From assembly GCF_009914755.1 (NCBI RefSeq), contig NC_060925.1: a stretch of DNA of 64,000 bases; one strand, given 5' to 3'. Below are positions 32,747 to 58,293 of the stretch, piece after piece (the stretch's first letter is position 1; the number at the start of each line of letters is the position of its first letter). A model generated the notes under the pieces. The model searched no databases, had not been told where the DNA came from, and saw nothing but the letters and a program-made list of their open reading frames with translations. A program made the position numbers and the translations under genes. Source of the stretch: the human T2T-CHM13v2.0 reference genome, Homo sapiens.

Positions 32747-34748
32747 TCAAGTGCATCCAAAGCGACCCTTCCCACACCAGTCTTCACAGTGGTCAAGGGC
32801 AGCAACCACTTAGCTCCCAAGGCATGTGCCTCAGCTGGCATTTCGTCACAATCAACAGTAAGTGGTAGCTTGAGTCACTGTGAGGTCACCTACTGGAAAT
32901 CACCAGCACCCCATTTCCCACTGGCAAAGAGCTCAGCACTGCCCCCTGGGAAACCAAACCTATGCCCAAATCCCATCTGTGTGGGTCTACCTCCTGGGAC
33001 CCTTCCTAACATATTAGTCAGAGTCCAATCAGGAAGCATAAACCACTCAAAAGTTTAAAGTGGTAAAATTTAATACAGAGAATTATTCATTATAACAGGT
33101 GAACAGCATAATGAGAGATTGGCTAGCACAGAGTAAAGAGAACTCTAGAGAATATGGGACTAGCCCAGGCCAGGCATGGTGGCTCATGCCTGAAATTCCA
33201 GCCATTACAGAAGCTAATGCAGGAGGATTGCTTAAGGCCAGGAGCTAGAGACCGGTCTGGACGACACAGTGAGACCCTGTCTCTATCCAAAAGAAGAAAA
33301 AAGTTAGCTGGGGGTGGTGGTGCACACTTGTAGTCCCAGCTACTCAGAATGCTGAAGTTTGAGCCTGGGAGGTCAAGGCTGCAGTGAGGCATGATTATGC
33401 CACTACAGTCCAGCCGGATGACAGAGCAAGACCCTGTCTCAAAGAACAAAACCACAACAACCATTTACAGACAGAAAAGAAATAGAGCTAATAAGCTGAG
33501 GAAAGATGTTGAAATGTGACAAGTAAAGTAATATGAGGTCTTTTGTCTATTTAAAATAATCAAACAAAAAATGACTTACTAAATTATAATACCCTGTGCT
33601 GGCAAAGGTGCAGTGAAATGGGCACTTTCTTATACTATGAGGGGTGGTTAAATTGTGTATAAGCCTTCCAGGGTAAAGCCTGTCAATTTTTTAAAATAAT
33701 GGAGACAGGGTCTCACCATACTGCCATACTGCCTCCTCCAACTCTTGGCCTCAAGCAATCCTCCTCTCTTAGCCTCCCAAAGTGCTAAGATTATAGCTGG
33801 GAGGCACCCAAAACCCTGTCAATTTACATCAAGGGTAAGGAGAATGTCCATTCACCATGACTCACAGTAATCTTACTTCTGGGGAGACAATTCAATCTAA
33901 GCAAAAGGTCATCTGTACACACACAGTAAAAATCTGGGAGTAACTGAAGACAGAGTTGGTAAGTGAAATAAGAAACAGTTATAAGAAATTAAACTATGGT
34001 ATCAATAGGCACCTGGTAAAAGGTCAGTTGATGTTAGCTGCTACTTTTTTGTTGTTTTGAGACAGGGTCTCACTCTGTCACCCAGGCTGGAGTGCAGAGG
34101 CCTGATCATGACTCACTGCAGTCTCAGCCTCCCTGGGCTCAAGTGATCCTCCCACCTCAGCCTCCCAAGTAGCTGGGACTACAGGAACATGCCACCACAC
34201 TAGGCTAATTCATGTATTTTTCTGTAGGGATGGTGACTCCCCCTTTGTTTCCAAGGCCTATCGCAAACTCTTGGCCTCGAGCCATCCTCCTGCCTCAGCC
34301 TCCCAAAGTGTTGTGATTACCAGTGTGAGCCACCACACCTGGCCAGCTGCTACTTTTATCAATATTATTCTTATTCCACTCAATTAAAAATTATTATTTT
34401 CAAGGCTATGCAACAGTATGTATCCTACAGCGTAATTGTAAAAACATACACAGTCGTCATCCCTCAGTATACAGAATTAGTTCCAGCCCCCCATCTCTGC
34501 ATATACCAAAATCCATGCTTACTCACGTTTCGCTGTCACCCCTCTAGAATCCACGTATACGAAAATTCCAAATGTTAGTTGGGCATAGTGGCAAGCACCT
34601 GTAGTCTCAGCCACGTGGGAGGTTGAGGTGGGAGGATCGCTTCAGCCTGGAAGGTTGAGGCTGCAGTCAGCTGCGATAGCACTACTACACTCCAGCCTTG
34701 GACAACAGAGGGAGACCCTGTCTCAGAAAAAAAAACAAAATAAAACAG

Positions 34749-35316
34749 GTTAGAAATTGTAATGAGGTCTGCTGGGCAAAATTCCATATAAGCAAAGTAT
34801 AAATTAATAAAGCAAATCGTGATAAATTAGTACGATTGACTTTCTGGAGTTTCTGACAATAAAAGTAAGGAAAATGCAGAACACAAAGACAGAGAGTAAA
34901 AAGAGAAATTAGGAAAGCATTCTACATGTTGAATAGGAAGACACTGGCCATGTTCGTGCAGCGGCAGTATGTCGTGACATGACATACCTTGGAGAGAAGT
35001 TAACAGATGAGGAAGTTGATAAAAATCATCAGAGAAGCAAAATACTGGTAGCGACACTCAAGTAAACCATGAAATTTCCATAACTTATGTCAGCAAAGTG
35101 GGAATATTGTACAGTGTGTGTTGAAGTTCCTATACAACATTGTTTATCTGCCTTTTGTTTGTTTGTAAGGAATGTACATACTAAAAGTTCTTCTTGCTGT
35201 CAAAAGAATATGCGTGAATAAGTCATTTTAACTTATTCTTCTGTTTTTCTTTTATCTTCCTGCCATCATCCCACAGCCTTACTTTAGAAATTTCTTTTTT
35301 AGAAAATTGAACAAGT
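34749..35316 (+). pseudogene. CALM2: Decayed calmodulin processed pseudogene fragment (CALM2-like), copy 1
   Basis: TIDFLEFLTIKVRKMQNT ~ TIDFPEFLTMMARKMKDT; MTYLGEKLTDEEVD ~ MTNLGEKLTDEEVD. Intronless, and continues into a CALM2-like 3' UTR ('ttgtttatctgccttttgtttgtttgtaa', 'ttttagaaaattgaacaagt'). Confidence 0.85.
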
Positions 35317-38154
35317 GCTCCCTGTGGTGGCACATACCTCGAGGATGGGAGGCAGGGGTGGAAGGGTCACTTGAGGCCATTAGTTTGACACCAGCCTGGC
35401 CAACAAAGTGAGACCCCGTGTCTACAAAACAATTTAAAAATTAGCCAAGTATCGTCATGTATACCTACAGTCCCAGCTATCTGAACTTACTGAGAATGTT
35501 CAGGGCCTGGAGAGAAGGCTGGGAGGCAGGAGCTGGGTCTAAAGAGGCCATTGTAACGATGGAGCTGTGCCTGTGGAGGCTGTTGTGAGGCAGTAGGCTC
35601 ATCTGCGGAGGCTGCCGTGACGTAGGGTATGGGCCTAAATAGGCCATTGTGAGTCATGAGCTTGGTCTGTAGAGGCTGACTGGAGAAAGTTCTGGGCCTG
35701 GAGAGGCTGCCGGGAGGTAGGAGCTGGGCCAAAAGATGTAAGCACATTTGCATTTATTAGGCACTTTATTTGCATTATTACACTGTAATATATAATAAAA
35801 TAATTATAGAACTCACCATAATGTAGAATCAGTGGGCGTGTTAAGCTTGTTTTCCTGCAACTGGATGGTCCCACCTGAGCGTGATGGGAGAAAGTGACAG
35901 ATCAATAGGTATTAGATTCTCATAAGGACAGCGCAACCTAGATCCCTCACATGCACGGTTCACAACAGGGTGCGTTCTCCTATGAGAATCTAACGCTGCT
36001 GCTCATCTGAGAAGGTGGAGCTCAGGCGGGAATGTGAGCAAAGGGGAGTGGCTGTAAATACAGACGAAGCTTCCCTCACTCCCTCACTCGACACCGCTCA
36101 CCTCCTGCTGTGTGGCTCCTTGCGGCTCCATGGCTCAGGGGTTGGGGACCCCTGCTCAAGTGCATCCAAAGCGACCCTTCCCACACCAGTCTTCACAGTG
36201 GTCAAGGGCAGCAACCACTTAGCTCCCAAGGCATGTGCCTCAGCTGGCATTTCGTCACAATCAACAGTAAGTGGTAGCTTGAGTCACTGTGAGGTCACCT
36301 ACTGGAAATCACCAGCATCCCATTTCCCACTGGCAAAGAGCTCAGCACTGCCCCCGGGAAACCAAACCTATGCCCAAATCCCATCTGTGTGGGTGTATCT
36401 CCTGGGACCCTTCCTAACATATTAGTCAGAGTCCAATCAGGAAGCATAAACCACTCAAAAGTTTAAAGTGGTAAAATTTAATACAGAGAATTATTCATTA
36501 TAACAGGTGAACAGCATAATGAGAGATTGGCTAGCACAAAGTAAACAGAACTCTAGAGAATATAGGACTAGCCCAGGCCAGGCATGGTGGCTCAGGCCTG
36601 AAATTCCAGCAATTTGAGAAGCTAATGCAGGAGGATTGCTTAAGGCCAGGAGCTAGAGACCGGTCTGGACGACACAGTGAGACCCTGTCTCTATCCAAAA
36701 GAAGAAAAAAGTTAGCTGGGGGTGGTAGTGCACACTTGTAGTCCCAGCTACTCGGAATGCGGAAGTTTGAGCCTGGGAGGTCAAGGCTGCAGTGAGGCAT
36801 GATTATGCCACTACAGTCCAGCCTGGTGACAGAGCAAGACCCTGTCTCAAAGAACAAAACAACAACAACCATTTACAGACAGAAAAGAAATAGAGCTAAT
36901 AAGCTGAGGAAAGATGTTGAAATGTGACAAGTAAAGTAATATGAGTTCTTTTGTCTATGTAAAATAATCAAACAAAAAATGACTTACTAAATTATAATAC
37001 CCTGTGCTGGCAAAGGTGCAGTGAAATGGGCACCTTCTTATACTATGAGGGGTGTTTAAATTGTGTATAAGCCTTCCCGGGTAAAGCCTGTCAATTTTTT
37101 AAAATAATGGAGACAGGGTCTCACCATACTGCCATACTGCCTCCTCCAACTCTTGGCCTCAAGCAATCCTCCTCTCTTAGCCTCCCAAAGTGCTAAGATT
37201 ATAGCTGGGAGGCACCCAAAACCCTGTCAATTTACATCAAGGGTAAGGAGAATGTCCATTCACCATGACTCACAGTAATCTTACTTCTGGGGAGACAATT
37301 CAATCTAAACAAAAGGTCATCTGTACACACACAGTAAAAATCTGGGAGTAACTGAAGACAGAGTTGGTAAGTGAAATAAGAAACAGTTATAAGAAATTAA
37401 ACTATGGTATCAATAGGCACCTGGTAAAAGGTCAGTTGATGTTAGCTGCTACTTTTTTGTTGTTTTGAGACAGGGTCTCACTCTGTCACCCAGGCTGGAG
37501 TGCAGAGGCCTGATCATGACTCACTGCAGTCTCAGCCTCCCTGGGCTCAAGTGATCCTCCCACCTCAGCCTCCCAAGTAGCTGGGACTACAGGAACATGC
37601 CACCACACTAGGCTAATTCATGTATTTTTCTGTAGGGATGGTGACTCCCCCTTTGTTTCCAAGGCCTATCGCAAACTCTTGGCCTCAAGCCATCCTCCTG
37701 CCTCAGCCTCCCAAAGTGTTGCGATTACCAGTGTGAGCCACCACACCTGGCCAGCTGCTACTTTTATCAATATTATTCTTATTCCACTCAATTAAAAATT
37801 ATTATTTTCAAGGCTATGCAACAGTATGTATCCCACAGCATAATTGTAAAAACATATAGTCGTCGTCCCTCAGTATACAGAATTAGTTCCAGCCCCCCAT
37901 CTCTGCATATACCAAAATCCATGCTTACTCACGTTTCGCTGTCACCCCTCTGGAATCCACGTATACGAAAATTCCAAATGTTAGTTGGGCATAGTGGCAA
38001 GCACCTGTAGTCTCAGCCACGTGGGAGGTTGAGGTGGGAGGATCGCTTCAGCCTGGAAGGTTGAGGCTGCAGTCAGCTGCGATAGCACTACTACACTCCA
38101 GCCTTGGACAACAGAGGGAGACCCTGTCTCAGAAAAAAAAACAAAATAAAACAG

Positions 38155-38722
38155 GTTAGAAATTGTAATGAGGTCTGCTGGGCAAAATTCCATATAAGCA
38201 AAGTATAAATTAATAAAGCAAATCGTGATAAATTAGTACGATTGGCTTTCTGGAGTTTCTGACAATAAAAGTAAGGAAAATGCAGAACACAAAGACAGAG
38301 AGTAAAAAGAGAAATTAGGAAAGCATTCTACATGTTGAATAGGAAGACACTGGCCATGTTCGTGCAGCGGCAGTATGTCGTGACATGACATACCTTGGAG
38401 AGAAGTTAACAGATGAGGAAGTTGATAAAAATCATCAGAGAAGCAAAATACTGGTAGCGACACTCAAGTAAACCATGAAATTTCCATAACTTATGTCAGC
38501 AAAGTGGGAATATTGTACAGTGTGTGTTGAAGTTCCTATACAACATTGTTTATCTGCCTTTTGTTTGTTTGTAAGGAATGTACATACTAAAAGTTCTTCT
38601 TGCTGTCAAAAGAATATGTGTGAATAAGTCATTTTAACTTATTCTTCTGTTTTTCTTTTATCTTCCTGCCATCATCCCACAGCCTTACTTTAGAAATTTT
38701 TTTTTTAGAAAATTGAACAAGT
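38155..38722 (+). pseudogene. CALM2: CALM2-like processed pseudogene fragment, copy 2
   Basis: Near-identical to copy 1 within array unit 2. Confidence 0.85.
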
Positions 38723-41570
38723 GCTCCTTGTGGTGGCACATGCCTCGAGGATGGGAGGCAGGGGTGGAAGGGTCACTTGAGGCCATTAGTTTGACACCAG
38801 CCTGGCCAACAAAGTGAGACCCCGTGTCTACAAAACAATTTAAAAATTAGCCAAGTATCATCATGTATACCTACAGTCCCAGCTACCTGAACTTACTGAG
38901 AAAGTTCAGAGCCTGGAGAGAAGGCTGGGAGGCAGGAGCTGGGTCTAAAGAGGCCATTGTAACGATGGAGCTGTGCCTGTGGAGGCTGTTGTGAGGCAGT
39001 AGGCTCATCTGCGGAGGCTGCCGTGACGTAGGGTATGGGCCTAAATAGGCCATTGTGAGTCATGAGCTTGGTCTGTAGAGGCTGACTGGAGAAAGTTCTC
39101 GGCCTGGAGAGGCTGCCGGGAGGTAGGAGCTGGGCCAAAAGATGTAAGCACATTTGCATTTATTAGGCACTTTATTTCCATTATTACACTGTAATATATA
39201 ATAAAATAATCATAGAACTCACCATAATGTAGAATCAGTGGGCGTGTTAAGCTTGTTTTCCTGCAACTGGATGTTCCCACCTGAGCGTGATGGGAGAAAG
39301 TAACAGATCAATAGGTATTAGATTCTCATAAGGACAGCGCAACCTTGATCCCTCACATGCACGGTTCACAACAGGGTGCGTTCTCCTATGAGAATCTAAC
39401 GCTGCTGCTCATCTGAGAAGGTGGAGCTCAGGCGGGAATGTGAGCAAAGGGGAGTGGCTGTAAATACAGACGAAGCTTCCCTCACTCCCTCACTCGACAC
39501 CGCTCACCTCCTGCTGTGTGGCTCCTTGCGGCTCCATGGCTCAGGGGTTGGGGACCCCTGCTCAAGTGCATCCAAAGCGACCCTTCCCACACCAGTCTTC
39601 ACAGTGGTCAAGGGCAGCAACCACTTAGCTCCCAAGGCATGTGCCTCAGCTGGCATTTCGTCACAATCAACAGTAAGTGGTAGCTTGAGTCACTGTGAGG
39701 TCACCTACTGGAAATCACCAGCATCCCATTTCCCACTGGCAAAGAGCTCAGCACTGCCCCCTGGGAAACCAAACCTATGCCCAAATCCCATCTGTGTGGG
39801 TCTACCTCCTGGGACCCTTCCTAACATATTAGTCAGAGTCCAATCAGGAAGCATAAACCACTCAAAAGTTTAAAGTGGTAAAATTTAATACAGAGAATTA
39901 TTCATTATAACAGGTGAACAGCATAATGAGAGATTGGCTAGCACAAAGTAAACAGAACTCTAGAGAATATGGGACTAGCCCAGGCCAGGCATGGTGGCTC
40001 ATGCCTGAAATTCCAGTAATTTCAGAAGCTAATGCAGGAGGATTGCTTAAGGCCAGGAGCTAGAGACCGGTCTGGACGACACAGTGAGACCCTGTCTCTA
40101 TCCAAAAGAAGAAAAAAGTTAGCTGGGGGTGGTGGTGCACACTTGTAGTCCCAGCTACTCGGAATGCTGAAGTTTGAGCCTGGGAGGTCAAGGCTGCAGT
40201 GAGGCATGATTATGCCACTACAGTCCAGCCTGGTGACAGAGCAAGATCCTGTCTCAAAGACCAAAACAGCAACAACCATTTACAGACAGAAAAGAAATAG
40301 AGCTAATAAGCTGAGGAAAGATGTTGAAATGTGACAAGTAAAGTAATATGAGTTCTTTTGTCTATGTAAAATAATCAAACAAAAAATGACTTACTAAATT
40401 ATAATACCCTGTGCTGGCAAAGGTGCAGTGAAATGGGCACTTTCTTATACTATGAGGGGTGGTTAAATTGTGTATAAGCCTTCCAGGGTAAAGCCTGTCA
40501 ATTTTTTAAAATAATGGAGACAGGGTCTCACCATACTGCCATACTGCCTCCTCCAACTCTTGGCCTCAAGCAATCCTCCTCTCTTAGCCTCCCAAAGTGC
40601 TAAGATTATAGCTGGGAGGCACCCAAAACCCTGTCAATTTACATCAAGGGTAAGGAGAATGTCCATTCACCATGACTCACAGTAATCTTACTTCTGGGGA
40701 GACAATTCAGTCTAAACAAAAGGTCATCTGTACACACACAGTAAAAATCTGGGAGTAACTGAAGACAGAGTTGGTAAGTGAAATAAGAAACAGTTATAAG
40801 AAATTAAACTATGGTATCAATAGGCACCTGGTACAAAAGGTCAGTTGATGTTGGCTGCTACTTTTTTGTTGTTTTGAGACAGGGTCTCACTCTGTCACCC
40901 AGGCTGGAGTGCAGAGGCCTGATCATGACTCACTGCAGTCTCAGCCTCCCTGGGCTCAAGTGATCCTCCCACCTCAGCCTCCCAAGTAGCTGGGACTACA
41001 GGAACATGCCACCACACTAGGCTAATTCATGTATTTTTCTGTAGGGATGGTGACTCCCCCTTTGTTTCCAAGGCCTATCGCAAACTCTTGGCCTCGAGCC
41101 ATCCTCCTGCCTCAGCCTCCCAAAGTGTTGTGATTACCAGTGTGAGCCACCACACCTGGCCAGCTGCTACTTTTATCAATATTATTCTTATTCCACTCAA
41201 TTAAAAATTATTATTTTCAAGGCTATGCAACAGTATGTATCCTACAGCGTAATTGTAAAAACATATACAGTCGTCGTCCCTCAGTATACAGAATTAGTTC
41301 CAGCCCCCCATCTCTGCATATACCAAAATCCATGCTTACTCACGTTTTGCTGTCACCCCTCTGGAATCCACGTATACGAAAATTCCAAATATTAGTTGGG
41401 CATAGTGGCAAGCACCTGTAGTCTCAGCCACGTGGGAGGTTGAGGTGGGAGGATCGCTTCAGCCTGGAAGGTTGAGGCTGCAGTCAGCTGCGATAGCACT
41501 ACTACACTCCAGCCTTGGACAACAGAGGGAGACCCTGTCTCAGAAAAAAAAAAATAAATAAATAAAACAG

Positions 41571-42138
41571 GTTAGAAACTGTGATGAGGTCTGCTGGGCA
41601 AAATTCCATATAAGCAAAGTATAAATTAATAAAGCAAATCGTGATAAATTAGTACGATTGGCTTTCTGGAGTTTCTGACAATAAAAGTAAGGAAAATGCA
41701 GAACACAAAGACAGAGAGTAAAAAGAGAAATTAGGAAAGCATTCTACATGTTGAATAGGAAGACACTGGCCATGTTCGTGCAGCGGCAGTATGTCGTGAC
41801 ATGACATACCTTGGAGAGAAGTTAACAGATGAGGAAGTTGATAAAAATCATCAGAGAAGCAAAATACTGGTAGCGACACTCAAGTAAACCATGAAATTTC
41901 CATAACTTATGTCAGCAAAGTGGGAATATTGTACAGTGTGTGTTGAAGTTCCTATACAACATTGTTTATCTGCCTTTTGTTTGTTTGTAAGGAATGTATA
42001 TACTAAAAGTTCTTCTTGCTGTCAAAAGAATATGCGTGAATAAGTCATTTTAACTTATTCTTCTGTTTTTCTTTTATCTTCCTGCCATCATCCCACAGCC
42101 TTACTTTAGAAATTTTTTTTTTAGAAAATTGAACAAGT
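41571..42138 (+). pseudogene. CALM2: CALM2-like processed pseudogene fragment, copy 3
   Basis: Near-identical to copy 1 within array unit 3. Confidence 0.85.
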
Positions 42139-43635
42139 GCTCCTTGTGGTGGCACATGCCTCGAGGATGGGAGGCAGGGGTGGAAGGGTCACTTGAGGCC
42201 ATTAGTTTGACACCAGCCTGGCCAACAAAGTGAGACCCCGTGTCTACAAAACAATTTAAAAATTAGCCAAGTATCATCATGTATACCTACAGTCCCAGCT
42301 ACCTGAACTTACTGAGAATGTTCAGGGCCTGGAGAGAAGGCTGGGAGGCAGGAGCTGGGTCTAAAGAGGCCATTGTAACGATGGAGCTGTGCCTGTGGAG
42401 GCTGTTGTGAGGCAGTAGGCTCATCTGCGGAGGCTGCCGTGACGTAGGGTATGGGCCTAAATAGGCCATTGTGAGTCATGAGCTTGGTCTGTAGAGGCTG
42501 ACTGGAGAAAGTTCTGGGCCTGGAGAGGCTGCCGGGAGGTAGGAGCTGGGCCAAAAGATGTAAGCACATTTGCATTTATTAGGCACTTTATTTCCATTAT
42601 TACACTGTGATATATAATAAAATAATTATAGAACTCACCATAATGTAGAATCAGTGGGCGTGTTAAGCTTGTTTTCCTGCAACTGGATGTTCCCACCTGA
42701 GCGTGATGGGAGAAAGTGACAGATCAATAGGTATTAGACTCTCATAAGGACAGCGCAACCTAGATCCCTCACATGCACGGTTCACAACAGGGTGCGTTCT
42801 CCTATGAGAATCTAACGCTGCTGCTCATCTGAGAAGGTGGAGCTCAGGTGGGAATGTGAGCAAAGGGGAGTGGCTGTAAATACAGACGAAGCTTCCCTCA
42901 CTCCCTCACTCGACACCGCTCACCTCCTGCTGTGTGGCTCCTTGCGGCTCCATGGCTCAGGGGTTGGGGACCCCTGCTCAAGTGCATCCAAAACGACCCT
43001 TCCCACACCAGTCTTCACAGTGGTCAAGGGCAGCAACCACTTAGCTCCCAAGGCATGTGCCTCAGCTGGCATTTCGTCACAATCAACAGTAAGTGGTAGC
43101 TTGAGTCACTGTGAGGTCACCTACTGGAAATCACCAGCATCCCATTTCCCACTGGCAAAGAGCTCAGCACTGCCCCCTGGGAAACCAAACCTATGCCCAA
43201 ATCCCATCTGTGTGGGTCTACCTCCTGGGACCCTTCCTAACATATAACCTTCATAACAAACTTGAGAGGCTGAGGTGAGACAATCGATTTAGCCCAGGAG
43301 TTTGAGATCAGCCTGGACGACGTAACTAAATCTCATCTCTACAAGGAAGAGGTGGGAGGATCACTTGAGCCCAGGAATTTGTGGCCAGCCTGGGCAACAA
43401 AAGAAGACCCCATCTGGCCAACATGGCCAACCTGGCCACCACGGTGAAACTCTGACTCTACAAAAATGATCTGGGCATGGGTGACATGCATGTGTAGTCC
43501 TAGCTACTTGGGAGGTTGAGATGGGAGGATTGCTTGATCTCAGAAGGCCAAAGCTATAGTGAGCTATGATCACATCACTGCACTCCAGCCTGGATGGCAC
43601 AGGGAGATTCTGTCTCAAAAAAAAGAAAAGAAATA

Positions 43636-45112
<1,477 letters not shown>

Positions 45113-45386
45113 GACAAACATGGGCTTTTCTGTCACCTACCTGCTTAACTGCATAGGAGAGGCAATATGTGGTGCTCATGAACAAAGCAAACATTAAAGT
45201 CAGACCAGACCCAACATTTGACTCAGTCTTAATATCCAGGTGAGCCTGCGCAAATCATTCATTATTCCTAAGGTTTTCATCACTCCATTCATAAAATGGG
45301 GATAACTGTGGCACCTATATGTGATTCTGTGAGAATTAACGAAATATTATGCTTGGGGTTATTGTGATCATTATACCTGTTCCAAA

Positions 45387-45477
45387 CTATTTGACAAGGA
45401 CAGTGATGGATGAAGACATCAAAAAATCAGAAACTGCAATGAGGTCTCTCAGGCAAAATTCCATACAAGCAAATTAC
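45387..45477 (+). pseudogene. Calmodulin EF-hand-1 retro-fragment
   Basis: ctatttgacaaggacagtgatgg = LFDKDSDG ~ LFDKDGDG; TAMRSLRQNSIQA ~ TVMRSLGQNPTEA. Confidence 0.7.
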
Positions 45478-46019
45478 TGTGTCTACAAAGCATTCCTGCC
45501 ACACTTAATTCACCATTCCCTGAACAAAATATGCCATCTTCGTTGTTCAGGTCTGTACAGTGCTGGTTTCCCTTCCCGGGCAGTTTGCGCTATCCCATCC
45601 CGGCCCATTCCCCATCCCTCCACCTCCCCCTTCCCTCCCCACTCTCATACAACTCTTCCTCATCTTTCAGGACTTGGCTTCAATGTCACCTTAACTGGAA
45701 GCTTCTCTCACTCTCCAGAAGAGCTTCCCATTGCACCTGATGCATGGGAAACATAATTTGATCATTTTTAAGTTACAGTCCAAATCTTTTTGTACCTGAA
45801 TAACATGTTGCCCAGTCAGTCTCTCTTCCTGGATTCACAAGTCTTTCATGGTAGATCCAGCTGGAAGTGACAAAAAGACATCTTTTGACATAAAGGGATG
45901 ACACAGACAGACATAAGTTCTTAAATGTCTTAAATGTCATGTGAAAATTAAACAGAATTCAAAGACTTGTGGGGAGCACTTAGGAAGTTACTGGGAATGT
46001 CATGAAGGGTTAATTTGTA

Positions 46020-56580
<10,561 letters not shown>

Positions 56581-56879
56581 TGTTTTTCTAAGTTCTGTGA
56601 GTTGTTCTAGTAAATAATTAAACTCAACAAGAGGGTCATGGGAAACCCTGATTTCTAACTGGTTGGTCAAAATACAGGTGACAACCTAGGACTTGCAACT
56701 GGCATCTGAAGTGAGGGTGGTCTTGTGGGACTGAGCCCCTAACCTGTGGGTTCTGTGCTAACTCTAGGTAGTGTCAGAATGGAATTGTGGGATACGCGGT
56801 TGGTATCCAGAGAGTTGGAGAACTGGTGTAGAAACTCTGCACACACATTTGGTCAGAAGTCTGTGAGTAGAGAGAAACG

Positions 56880-57942
56880 TGTTGCAGGAAGTCAGGGACC
56901 CCAAACGGAGGGACTGGCTGAAGCCACAGCAGAAGAACATAAATTGTGAAGATTTCATGGACATTTATTAGTTCCCCAAATTAATACTTCTATAATTTCT
57001 TAGGCCTGTCATTACTGCAATCTCTGAACATAAATTGTGAAGATTTCATGGACACTTATCACTTCCCCAATCAATACCCTTGTGATTTTCTATGCCTGTC
57101 TTTAATCTCTTAATCCGGTCATCTTCGTAAGCTGAGGATGAATGTCCCCGCAGGACCCTGTGATAATTGCGTTAACTGCACAAGTTGTTTAAACAATATG
57201 AAACCTGGGCACCTTGAAAAAAGAACAGGATAACAGCAATTTCAGGGAACAAGGGAGATAACCTTAAACTCTGGCTGCCAGTGGGCCGGGTTGAACAGAG
57301 CCATATTTCTCTTCTTTCAAAAGCAAATAGGAGAAGTATTGCTGAATTCTTTTTCTCAGCAAAGAACATCCCTGAGAAAGAGAATGCATCCCTAAGGGGA
57401 GGCCTCTGAAATGGCCGCTTTGGGGACGGCTGTCTTTTACAGTCATAGATAAGGGATGAAATAAGCCCTGGGTTCGCGTGGCGCTCCCAGCCTTATCAGG
57501 ACAAGGAAATTCCCGCCTAATAAATGTTGGTCAGATGGGTTGTCTGCTCTCAAACCCTTTCTCCTGATAAGATGTTATCAATGACAATGCGCGCCCGAAA
57601 CTTCATTAGCAATTTTAATTTCGCCCCGGTCCTGTGGTCCTGTGATCTTGCCCTGCCTCCATTTGCCTTGTGATATTTTATTACCTTGTGAAGCATGTGA
57701 TCTCTGTGATCCACACCCTATTCGTACACTCCCTCACCTTTTGAAAATCACTAATAAAAACTTGTTGGTTTTGCGGCTTGGGGGGCATCACGGAACCTGC
57801 CGACGTGTGATGTCTCCCCTGGACATCCAGCTTTAAAATTTCTCTCTTTTGTACTCTTTCCCTTTATTTCTCAGACTGGCTGACACTCAGGGAAAATAGA
57901 AAAGAACCTACATGAAATATCAGGGGTGAATTTCCCCCGATA
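56880..57942 (+). mobile_element. MER11 solo LTR (HERV-K11/HML-8)
   Basis: Starts 'tgttgcaggaagtcagggaccccaaacggagggac', has the internal repeat 'gaacataaattgtgaagatttcatggaca', AATAAA at ~57753, and ends 'tttcccccgata'; ~1.06 kb. Confidence 0.88.
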
Positions 57943-58202
57943 TCACACTGGCTCTTCTCTCACCTGTCTACCTGCTTAACTTAATAGGAGAGGCAATGCA
58001 TGGTGCTCATGAACAAGGCAAGCATTAAAGTCAGACCAGACTAACATTTGACTCAGTCCTAATATTCAGGTGAGCTTGGGCAAATCGCTCATTAACCCCA
58101 AGTCTTCATCATTTTGTGCATATAATGGGGATAACTGTGGCACCCACCTGTTTTTGTGAGAATCAATGAAATATTATGCTTGATGTTATTGTGATCATGA
58201 TA

Positions 58203-58293
58203 CTATCTGACAAGGGCAGTGATGCATGATAACATCAAAAAATTAGAAACTGTAATGAGGTCTCTTGGGCAAAATTCCATACAAGCAAATTAC
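58203..58293 (+). pseudogene. Calmodulin EF-hand-1 retro-fragment (paralogue of 45387-45477)
   Basis: KKLETVMRSLGQNSIQA ~ TKELGTVMRSLGQNPTEA. Confidence 0.72.

Larger units (their letters stand above)
32082..43245. repeat. ~3.41-kb tandem array, 3 full units plus a ~0.93-kb partial unit
   Basis: Units start at 32082, 35491, 38897 and 42313 (periods 3409, 3406, 3416). Sequence is near-identical and the ORF track repeats in register. Confidence 0.97.

Noticed and set aside
32606-33058. 150-aa ORF repeated in array units
   Set aside because: GTG start inside MER1A, frameshifted in unit 2 and truncated in unit 4; recurrence reflects duplication only.
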